Origin: Auanema rhodensis
Lineage: Eukaryota > Animalia > Nematoda
Reading direction: 5' to 3'
Length of the DNA: 64,000 nucleotides
Assembly: GCA_964057225.1 (NCBI GenBank)
Contig: OZ059894.1
Coordinates: 12,276,001-12,340,000, forward strand
The notes beneath the pieces were generated by a model. It saw nothing but the letters and a program-made list of their open reading frames with translations. It was not told the DNA's origin and made no database searches. How positions within the stretch are numbered: position 1 is the stretch's first letter; the number at the start of each line of letters is the position of its first letter. This document shows, one piece after another, positions 52,901-64,000 of the stretch. A program made the translations under genes and the position numbers.

Positions 52901-55900
52901 TCATGAGAGCTTTAGAACAGTTGCACTGATTAACACATGAAAACACTCGCCAAACTGTTTTTCTATCACAGTATAGGAAGTAACTACACAACAGATGTGT
53001 TTTGTTGTTGAACAAGATTAATCCTCATCCAACGAAAAATTTGCATATATGAATGAACACAAATCTTTTTTTTCATTATATCACTGCAACAACCTTTTGT
53101 AATGTGACACAAATTCAAGCTTAGTTTGATGAGAGTTTTAGAACAGTTGCACTGATTAACACATGCAAACGCATGCTGAACTATTGTTTCTGTCACAATA
53201 TAACAAGTAACTAATCAATATGTACACATTGTGGTTAAACAAGATTACTCATCATTCAACAAAACATTTGTATATATGAACAAACTCAAATATCATTTTA
53301 CTAATATGCCAAGGCAACAATGTTTGGTAATGTGATTCAAATTGAAGTTTAATTGGATGAGAGCGTCAGAACAGTTGCAATGACCCATACATGAAAACAC
53401 ATGCCAAGCTGTTTGTTTGTCTCACAGTATAACAAGTAACTGAACAATATATGCACATTGTGGTCGAACAAGATCACTCATCATTTAACGAAACATTAGT
53501 ATATATGAATGAACTGAAATTTTATTTTACTAATATGACAATGCAACAATGTTTGGTAATGTGACTCAAATTGAAGTTCAATTTGGTAAGAGCTTCAGAA
53601 CAGTTGCACTTACTCATACATGGAAACGCATGCTGAACCGTTTTCTCTGTCATAGTATAACAAGTAACTGAACAACATAGGCACCTTGTGGTTGCACAGG
53701 ATCAATCATCATTTAGAGAAACATTTGTACACATGAACGAACGTTAACATTTTTTCAACAAGTCAACAATGCAACAATGTTTGGTAATGTGACTCAAATT
53801 TAAGTTTAATTTGATGAGAGCTCAAAAACAGTTGCACTGATTATCACAAGCAAACGGATGCTAAACCGTTTTTTCTGTCACAGTATATTTTTGTAATGTG
53901 AGACAAATTGAAGCTTTATTTGATGAGAAGTTTAGAACGGTTGTAGTGACCCACACATAACAACACATGCTAAACCGTTTTTCTATCACAGTATAACAAG
54001 TAACTGAACAACATAAGTACCTTGTGGTCGAACAAGATTAATCATCATCCAACAAAAAATTTGCATATATGAATGAACACAAATCTTTTTTTTCATTATA
54101 TCACTGCAACAACATTTTGTAATGTGACACAAATTCAAGCTTAGTTTGATGAGAGTTTTAGAACAGTTGCACTGCTTAACACATGCAAACGCATGCTGAA
54201 CCATTGTTTCTGTCACAGTATAACAAGTAACTGAACAACATAAGTACCTTGTGGTTGAACAAGATCACTCATCATTTAACAGAACATTTGTATATATGAA
54301 CAAACTCAAATATTTTTTTACCATCATTCAACGAAACGTTTGTATATATGAATGAACTTAACTATTATCTCACCAATATGCCAATAGAACAACTTTTTTT
54401 AATGTGAGACAGATTGCAGCATAATTTGATGAAAACTTTTGAACAGTTGCAGTGACTTACACATGAAAACCCATGCCAAACAGTTTTTTCTATCTCACAG
54501 TATAACAAGTAACTGAACAACATATGCTCGTCGAGGTTAAACAAGATTGATTATCATTCAACGAAACGTTTGTATATATGAATGAACTCAACTATTATTT
54601 CACCAATAAGCCAATGCAACTATCTTTTCTCATGTGAGACAAATTGAAGCCTAATTTGATGAGAACTTTAGAACAGTTGCAGTGACTTACACATGAAAAC
54701 ACATGCCAAACAGTTTTTTCTATCTCACAGTATAACAAGTAACTGAACAACATAATCACGTCGAGGTTAAACAAGATTGATCATCATTCAACGAAACGTT
54801 TGTATATATGAATGAACTTAACTATTATCTCACCAATATTCCAATAGAACAACTTTTTTTAATGTGAGACAGATTGCAGCATAATTTGATGAGAACTTTA
54901 GAACAGTTGCAGTGACTCACACTTGAAAACACATGCCAAACCGTTTTTTTATCTCACAGTACAACAAAAAACTGAACAACATATGAACATTGTGGTTGAA
55001 CATGATAAGTCATCAATTAACGAAACGTTCGTATATATGAATGAACTTAACTATTATTTCACCAATAAGCCAATGCAACTATATTTTCTCATGTGAGACA
55101 AATTGAAGCCTAATTTGATGAGAACTTTTGAACAGTTGCAGTGACTTACACATGAAAACCCATGCCAAACAGTTTTTTCTATCTCACAGTATAACAAGTA
55201 ACTGAACAACATAATCACGTCGAGGTTAAACAAGATTGATCATCATTCTACGAAACGTTTGTATATATGAATGAACTTAACTATTATCTCACCAATATGC
55301 CAATAGAACAACTTTTTTTAATGTGAGACAGATTGCAGCATAATTTGATGAGAACTTTAGAACAGTTGCAGTGACTCACACTTGAAAACACATGCCAAAC
55401 CGTTTTTTTATCTCACAGTACAACAAAAAACTGAACAACATATGAACATTGTGGTTGAACATGATAAGTCATCAATTGACGAAACGTTCGTATATATGAA
55501 TGAACTTAACTATTATTTCACCAATAAGCCAATGCAACTATCTTTTCTCATGTGAGACAAATTGAAGCCTAATTTGATGAAAACTTTTGAACAGTTGCAG
55601 TGACTTACACATGAAAACCCATGCCAAACAATTTTTTCTATCTCACAGTATAACAAGTAACTGAACAACATATGCTCGTCGAGGTTAAACAAGATTGATT
55701 ATCATTCAACGAAACGTTTGTATATATGAATGAACTCAACTATTATTTCACCAATAAGCCAATGCAACTATCTTTTCTCATGTGAGACAAATTGAAGCCT
55801 AATTTGATGAGAACTTTAGAACAGTTGCAGTGACTTACACATGAAAACACATGCCAAACAGTTTTTTCTATCTCACAGTATAACAAGTAACTGAACAACA

Positions 55901-58900
55901 TAATCACGTCGAGGTTAAACAAGATTGATCATCATTCAACGAAACGTTTGTATATATGAATGAACTTAACTATTATCTCACCAATATGCCAATAGAACAA
56001 CTTTTTTTAATGTGAGACAGATTGCAGCATAATTTGATGAGAACTTTAGAACAGTTGCAGTGACTCACACTTGAAAACACATGCCAAAGCGTTTTTTTAT
56101 CTCACAGTACAACAAAAAACTGAACAACATATAAACATTGTGGTTGAACATGATAAGTCATCAATTAACGAAACGTTCGTATATATGAATGAACTTAACT
56201 ATTATTTCACCAATAAGCCAATGCAACTATCTTTTCTCATGTGAGACAAATTGAAGCCTAATTTGATGAAAACTTTTGAACAGTTGCAGTGACTTACACA
56301 TGAAAACCCATGCCAAACAATTTTTTCTATCTCACAGTATAACAAGTAACTGAACAACATATGCTCGTCGAGGTTAAACAAGATTGATTATCATTCAACG
56401 AAACGTTTGTATATATGAATGAACTCAACTATTATTTCACCAATAAGCCAATGCAACTATCTTTTCTCATGTGAGACAAATTGAAGCCTAATTTGATGAG
56501 AACTTTAGAACAGTTGCAGTGACTTACACATGAAAACACATGCCAAACAGTTTTTTCTATCTCACAGTATAACAAGTAACTGAACAACATAATCACGTCG
56601 AGGTTAAACAAGATTGATCATCATTCAACGAAACGTTTGTATATATGAATGAACTTAACTATTATCTCACCAATATGCCAATAGAACAACTTTTTTCAAT
56701 GTGAGACAGATTGCAGCATAATTTGATGAAAACTTTTGAACAGTTGCAGTGACTTACACATGAAAACCCATGCCAAACAGTTTTTTCTATCTCACAGTAT
56801 AACAAGTAACTGAACAACATATGAACATTGTGGTTGAACATGATAAGACATCAATTAACGAAACAATCGTATATATGAATGAACTTAACTATTATTTCAC
56901 CAATAAGCCAATGCAACTATCTTTTCTCATGTGAGACAAATTGAAGCCTAATTTGATGAGAACTCTTGAACAGTTGCAGTGACTTACACATGAAAACCCA
57001 TGCCAAACAGTTTTTTCTATCTCACAGTATAACAAGTAACTGAACAACATATGCTCGTCGAGGTTAAACAAGATTGATTATCATTCAACGAAACGTTTGT
57101 ATATATGAATGAACTCAACTATTATTTCACCAATAAGCCAATGCAACTATCTTTTCTCATGTGAGACAAATTGAAGCCTAATTTGATGAGAACTTTAGAA
57201 CAGTTGCAGTGACTTACACATGAAAACACATGCCAAACCGTTTTTTCTATCTCACATTATAACAAGTAACTGAACAACATAAGCACATCGAGGTTAAACG
57301 AGATTGATCATCATTTAACGAAACGTTTAAATATATGAATGAACTCAACAATTATTTTACCAATATGCCAATGCAACAACTTTTTCTAATGTGAGACAGA
57401 TTGCAGCATAATTTGATGAGAACTTTAGAACAGTTGCAGTGACTCACACTTGAAAACACATGCCAAAGCGTTTTTTTATCTCACAGTACAACAAAAAACT
57501 GAACAACATATGAACATTGTGGTTGAACATGATAAGTCATCAATTGACGAAACGTTCGTATATATGAATGAACTTAACTATTATTTCACCAATAAGCCAA
57601 TGCAACTATCTTTTCTCATGTGAGACAAATTGAAGCCTAATTTGATGAGAACTTTAGAACAGTTGCAGTGACTTACACATGAAAACACATGCCAAACAGT
57701 TTTTTCTATCTCACAGTATAACAAGTAACTGAACAACATAATCACGTCGAGGTTAAACAAGATTGATCATCATTCAACGAAACGTTTGTATATATGAATG
57801 AACTTAACTATTATCTCACCAATATGCCAATAGAACAACTTTTTTTAATGTGAGACAGATTGCAGCATAATTTGATGAGAACTTTAGAACAGTTGCAGTG
57901 ACTCACACTTGAAAACACATGCCAAACCGTTATTTTATCTCACAGTACAACATAAAACTGAACAACATATGAACATTGTGGTTGAACATGATAAGTCATC
58001 AATTGACGAAACGTTCGTATATATGAATGAACTTAACTATTATTTCACCAATAAGCCAATGCAACTATCTTTTCTCATGTGAGACAAATTGAAGCCTAAT
58101 TTGATGAAAACTTTTGAACAGTTGCAGTGACTTACACATGAAAACCAATGCCAAACAATTTTTTCTATCTCACAGTATAACAAGTAACTGAACAACATAT
58201 GCTCGTCGAGGTTAAACAAGATTGATTATCATTCAACGAAACGTTTGTATATATGAATGAACTCAACTATTATTTCACCAATAAGCCAATGCAACTATCT
58301 TTTCTCATGTGAGACAAATTGAAGCCTAATTTGATGAGAACTTTAGAACAGTTGCAGTGACTTACACATGAAAACACATGCCAAACAGTTTTTTCTATCT
58401 CACAGTATAACAAGTAACTGAACAACATAATCACGTCGAGGTTAAACAAGATTGATCATCATTCAACGAAACGTTTGTATATATGAATGAACTTAACTAT
58501 TATCTCACCAATATGCCAATAGAACAACTTTTTTTAATGTGAGACAGATTGCAGCATAATTTGATGAGAACTTTAGAACAGTTGCAGTGACTCACACTTG
58601 AAAACACATGCCAAACCGTTTTTTTATCTCACAGTACAACAAAAAACTGAACAACATATGAACATTGTGGTTGAACATGATAAGTCATCAATCAACGAAA
58701 CGTTCGTATATATGAATGAACTTAACTATTATTTCACCAATAAGCCAATGCAACTATCTTTTCTCATGTGAGACAAATTGAAGCCTAATTTGATGAGAAC
58801 TTTTGAACAGTTGCAGTGACTTACACATGAAAACCCATGCCAAACAGTTTTTTCTATCTCACAGTATAACAAGTAACTGAACAACATATGCTTGTCGAGG

Positions 58901-61561
58901 TTAAACAAGATTGATTATCATTCAACGAAACGTTTGTATATATGAATGAACTCAACTATTATTTCACCAATAAGCCAATGCAACTATCTTTTCTCATGTG
59001 AGACAAATTGAAGCCTAATTTGATGAGAACTTCAGAACAGTTGCAGTGACTTACACATGAAAACACATGCCAAACAGTTTTTTCTATCTCACAGTATAAC
59101 AAGTAACTGAACAACATAATCACGTCGAGGTTAAACAAGATTGATCATCATTCAACGAAACGTTTGTATATATGAATGAACTTAACTATTATCTCACCAA
59201 TATGCCAATAGAACAACTTTTTTTAATGTGAGACAGATTCCAGCATAATTTGATGAGAACTTTAGAACAGTTGCAGTGACTCACACTTGAAAACACATGC
59301 TAAACCGTTTTTTTATCTCACAGTACAACAAAAAACTGAACAACATATGACCATTGTGGTTGAACATGATAAGTCATCAATTAACGAAACGTTTGTATGA
59401 ATGAATGAACTTAACTATTATTTCACCAATAAGCTAATGCAACTATCTTTTCTCATGTGAGACAAATTGAAGCCTAATTTGATGAGAACTTTAGAACAGT
59501 TGCAGTGACTTACACATGAAAACACATGCCAAACAGTTTTTTCTATCTCACAGTATAACAAGTAACTGAACAACATAATCACGTCGAGGTTAAACAAGAT
59601 TGATCATCATTCAACGAAACGTTTGTATATATGAATGAACTTAACTATTATCTCACCAATATGCCAATAGAACAACTTTTTTTAATGTGAGACAGATTGC
59701 AGCATAATTTGATGAGAACTTTAGAACAGTTGCAGTGACTCACACTTGAAAACACATGCCAAACCGTTTTTTTATCTCACAGTACAACAAAAAACTGAAC
59801 AACATATGAACATTGTGGTTGAACATGATAAGTCATCAATTAACGAAACGTTTGTATGAATGAATGAACTTAACTATTATTTCACCAATAAGCCAATGCA
59901 ACTATCTTTTCTCATGTGAGACAAATTGAAGCCTAATTTGATGAGAACTTTAGAACAGTTGCAGTGACTTACACATGAAAACACATGCCAAACAGTTTTT
60001 TCTATCTCACAGTATAACAAGTAACTGAACAACATATGCTCGTCGAGGTTGAACAAGATCGATTATCATTCAATAAAATGTTTGTATATATGAATGAACT
60101 TAACTATTATTTCACCAATAAGCCAATACAACAACTTTTTTTAATGTGAGACAAATTGAAGCCTAAGTTGATGAGAACGTTGGAACAGTTGCAGTGACTC
60201 ACACTTGAAAACACATGTCAAACCGTTTTTTTTATCTCACAGTACAACAAAAACTGAGCAACATATGAACATTGTGGTTGAACGTGATGAGTCATCATTT
60301 ACCGAAACGTTCGTATATATTATATGAATCAACTATTATTTCACCAATAAGCCAATGCAACTATCTTTTCTCATGTGAGACAAATTGAAGCCTAATTTGA
60401 TGAGAACTTTAGAACAGTTGCAGTGACTCACACTTGAAAACACATGCCAAACCGTTTTTTTATCTCACAGTACAACAAAAAACTGAACAACATATGCTCG
60501 TCGAGGTTAAACAAGATTGATCATCAATTAACGAAACGTTTGTATGAATGAATGAACTTAACTATTATTTCACCAATAAGCCAATGCAACTATCTTTTCT
60601 CATGTGAGACAAATTGAAGCCTAATTTGATGAGAACTTTAGAACAGTTGCAGTGACTTACACATGAAAACACATGCCAAACAGTTTTTTCTATCTCACAG
60701 TATAACAAGTAACTGAACAACATAATCACGTCGAGGTTAAACAAGATTGATCATCATTCAACGAAACGTTTGTATATATGAATGAACTTAACTATTATCT
60801 CACCAATATGCCAATAGAACAACTTTTTTTAATGTGAGACAGATTGCAGCATAATTTGTCGAGAACTTTAGAACAGTTGCAGTGACTCACACTTGAAAAC
60901 ACATGCCAAACCGTTTTTTTATCTCACAGTACAACAAAAAACTGAACAACATATGAACATTGTGGTTGAACATGATAAGTCATCAATTAACGAAACGTTT
61001 GTATGAATGAATGAACTTAACTATTATTTCACCAGTAAGCCAATGCAACTATCTTTTCTCATGTGAGACAAATTGAAGCCTAATTTGATGAGAACTTTAG
61101 AACAGTTGCAGTGACTTACACATGAAAACACATGCCAAACAGTTTTTTCTATCTCACAGTATAACAAGTAACTGAACAACATATGCTCGTCGAGGTTAAA
61201 CAAGATCGATTATCATTCAATGAAACGTTTGTATATATGAATGAACTTAACTATTATTTCACCAATAATCCAATACAACAACTTTTTTTAATCTGAGACA
61301 AATTGAAGCCTAAGTTGATGAGAACGTTGGAACAGTTGCAGTGACTCACACATGAAAACACATGCCAAACCGTTTTTCCTATCTCACAGTATAACAAGTA
61401 ACTGAACAACATAAGCACGGCGAGGTTAAACGAGATTGATCATCATTAAACGAAACGTTTGTATACAGGGTGGCCCATAAGTATTGAGACAAAATTCAAA
61501 TAATTTTTTTAAAAAAAAAACTAGGTCAAAAAAACATGTTCACAAAACTTTTAGGCTCGGG

Positions 61562-61568
61562 TATATAA
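61562..61568 (+). promoter_or_regulatory. Putative TATA box of the transposase
   Basis: TATATAA about 55 bp upstream of the ATG. Confidence 0.35.
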
Positions 61569-61620
61569 GGAGACTTTTTGAGCACATTGACAGCTTTTGT
61601 GATTATATTTAGAAAAAGTT

Positions 61621-62661
61621 ATGAAGCCTTCAGTACATCGTGCCTCCATCGTTCATCTTTTCGAACAGGGACTCAAGCCGATGGAAATTGTTAGAAGTCT
61701 CCAAATACCACGAAGCTCTGTTTACAGAGTTTTAAAACAGTTTAGAGATCAAGGTCACATTGAGGTTAAATCAAAACCTGGAAGACCCAGAACAGTGAAT
61801 ACTCCGCGTACACGAAAAGCTATCAGATGCAGAATAGCTAGGAACGATAGTGTAAGCCTGAATAAAATTGCTTCACAGATGGAATTATCTCGATCAACGG
61901 TTCAGCGGATCGTAAAAAACGATTTAGGTTTTCATTCTTATCGTATTCTAAGAGGACACAGGCTGACAGAACAAATGAAGAAAAATCGACTTGAAAAATG
62001 TAATGTTTTACTTCAGAATTTAGAGGGGGCTCGCATCGATGCCGTTTTATGGACAGACGAGAAGATTTTTACTGTGGAGCCCAAGCCCAATCGACAGAAC
62101 AGCCGTCAATTGCTCCACACTGGAGAAAAGTACTCTGCTAAAAGGAGGATAGCAGAAAGAAGCCATTACCCACAGAGCATAATGGTGTGGGGAGGAATAA
62201 CATCGACAGGGAAAACACCACTCGTCTTTGTCGAAAAAGGATGCAAGATCAACGCAAAATACTATCAGGAGAAGATTCTACAAGAAGTGGTTTTACCGTG
62301 GACCCAAGAGCAACATTCAGACAGTAGCATCACCCTTCAGCAAGATTGGGCACCAGCCCATGGTGCAAAAAGCACAATTGAGCTCTGTTCGAGGATTTTA
62401 CCAGGATTCTGGGGCAAAGATATCTGGCCCAGCAATTCGCCAGATCTGAACCCTATGGATTTTTCAGTATGGAGTGTGTTGGAACACAAATTATCAGCTA
62501 AGTCCTCCCAAAATTTGGAAACTCTCAAACGTGATTTGAAGAAAGCATGGGACTCTCTAGACGAGGAATACCTGCGAGCCACGGTACACTCAGTGCGAAC
62601 AAGACTCGAAGCCTGTAAGAAAGCAAAAGGAGGACATTTTGAGCAATTTCTTGATAAATAG
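61621..62661 (+). CDS. DD37D (maT-type) transposase, 346 aa, intronless and intact
   Basis: N-terminal HTH region, GRPR linker, WTDEKIF, MVWGGI, QQDWAPAH and SPDLNPMDFSVW motifs; 37 residues between the second and third catalytic Asp. Confidence 0.96.
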   Translation: MKPSVHRASIVHLFEQGLKPMEIVRSLQIPRSSVYRVLKQFRDQGHIEVKSKPGRPRTVNTPRTRKAIRCRIARNDSVSLNKIASQMELSRSTVQRIVKNDLGFHSYRILRGHRLTEQMKKNRLEKCNVLLQNLEGARIDAVLWTDEKIFTVEPKPNRQNSRQLLHTGEKYSAKRRIAERSHYPQSIMVWGGITSTGKTPLVFVEKGCKINAKYYQEKILQEVVLPWTQEQHSDSSITLQQDWAPAHGAKSTIELCSRILPGFWGKDIWPSNSPDLNPMDFSVWSVLEHKLSAKSSQNLETLKRDLKKAWDSLDEEYLRATVHSVRTRLEACKKAKGGHFEQFLDK

Positions 62662-64000
62662 TTGAACAAATGAACAATGTACATTACTAGTAAATTATTT
62701 AGGATTTGGTTATTTTTTGTTTCATTTATGACTTTTTGAATGTGTCTCAATACTTATGGGCCACCCTGTATATGAATGAACTTAATTATTATTTCACCAA
62801 TATGCCAATACAACAACTTTTTTTAATGTGAGACAAATTGCAGCATAATTTGATGAGAACTTTAGAACAGTTACAGTGACTCACACTTGAAAACACATGT
62901 CAAACCGTTTTTTTTATTTCACAGTACAACAAAAACTGAGCAACATATGAACATTGTGGTTGAACGTGATGAGTCATCATTTACCGAAACGTTCGTATAT
63001 ATTATATGAATCAACTATTATTTAACCAATAAGCCAATGCAACTATCTTTTCTCATGTGAGACAAATTGAAGCCTAATTTGATGAGAACTTTAGAACAGT
63101 TGCAGTGACTTACACATGAAAACACATGCCAAACAGTTTTTTCTATCTCACAGTATAACAAGTAACTGAACAACATATGCTCGTCGAGGTTAAACAAGAT
63201 CGATTATCATTCAATAAAATGTTTGTATATATGAATGAACTTAACTATTATTTCACCAATAAGCCAATACAACAACTTTTTTTAATGTGAGACAAATTGC
63301 AGCATAATTTGATGAGAACTTTAGAATAGTTGCAGTGACTCACACTTGAAAACACATGCCAAACCGTTTTTTTATCTCACAGTACAACAAAAAACTGAAC
63401 AACATATGCTCGTCGAGGTTAAACAAGATTGATCATCAATTAACGAAACGTTTGTATGAATGAATGAACTTAACTATTACTTCACCAATAAGCCAATGCA
63501 ACTATCTTTTCTCATGTGAGACAAATTGAAGCCTAATTTGATGAGAACTTTAGAACAGTTGCAGTGACTTACACATGAAAACACATGCCAAACAGTTTTT
63601 TCTATCTCACAGTATAACAAGAAACTGAACAACATAATCACGTCGAGGTTAAACAAGATTGATCATCATTCAACGAAACGTTTGTATATATGAATGAACT
63701 TAACTATTATTTCACCAATAAGCCAATGCAACTATCTTTTCTCATGTGAGACAAATTGAAGCCTAATTTGATGAGAACTTTAGAACAGTTGCAGTGACTT
63801 ACACATGAAAACACATGCCAAACAGTTTTTTCTATCTCACAGTATAACAAGTAACTGAACAACATATGCTCGTCGAGGTTAAACAAGATCGATTATCATT
63901 CAATGAAACGTTTGTATATATGAATGAACTTAACTATTATTTCACCAATAAGCCAATACAACAACTTTTTTTAATCTGAGACAAATTGAAGCCTAAGTTG

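Larger units (their letters stand above)
61466..62768 (+). mobile_element. Full-length Tc1/mariner-superfamily DNA transposon, DD37D (maT) family, 1303 bp
   Basis: Perfect 26-bp TIRs CAGGGTGGCCCATAAGTATTGAGACA (61466-61491, 62743-62768); TA duplication (61464-65, 62769-70); removal restores the satellite monomer gtttgtatatatgaatg. Confidence 0.97.
49961..64000. repeat. Satellite DNA, 229-230-bp AT-rich monomer (continues beyond the right edge; interrupted by the maT element)
   Basis: Motif catcattcaacgaaacgtttgtatatatgaatgaac recurs near 54321, 54551, 54781 etc.; diverged and partly truncated monomers at 49961-54320. Confidence 0.97.

Noticed and set aside
50035-54216. Cys-rich minus-strand ORFs in the satellite
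   Set aside because: Monomer length 229-230 is not a multiple of 3, stops are frequent, and the Cys residues come from TG-rich repeat sequence.
62228-62750. Alternative-frame and antisense ORFs within the transposon
   Set aside because: Shadows of the transposase ORF with no independent motifs.
49961-64000. CRISPR array or nematode piRNA cluster
   Set aside because: No unique spacers, no cas genes, eukaryotic context; no CTGTTTCA Ruby motif seen in the monomer.

Overview
Eukaryotic, AT-rich, almost entirely repetitive window. The 5S and U2 sequences resemble those of rhabditid nematodes (from memory, not a database search). (1) 1-47945, plus a remnant at 48146-48878, is a highly homogenised tandem array of a ~2.48-kb unit (period 2463-2507 bp; the variation is almost all in a (TA)n tract). 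Each unit carries, all on the minus strand, one U2 snRNA gene and two identical 5S rRNA genes: 19 complete U2 genes, 38 5S genes and one 5'-truncated U2 at the gap edge. No SL1 leader was found in the unit. The U2 folds normally but has AUC in place of the normally invariant UCU right after the GUAGUA branch-point recognition sequence, and each unit also holds a decayed 40-nt U2 fragment. (2) A 200-N scaffold gap at 47946-48145. (3) ~1.1 kb of junction DNA with palindromes and direct repeats (48879-49960). (4) A 229-230-bp satellite (49961-64000), diverged at its left edge and organised as an imperfect three-monomer higher-order repeat further in. (5) An intact 1303-bp DD37D (maT-type) Tc1/mariner transposon inserted at a TA in the satellite (61466-62768); its transposase is the only credible protein-coding gene. 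All short ORFs in the track are treated as spurious.
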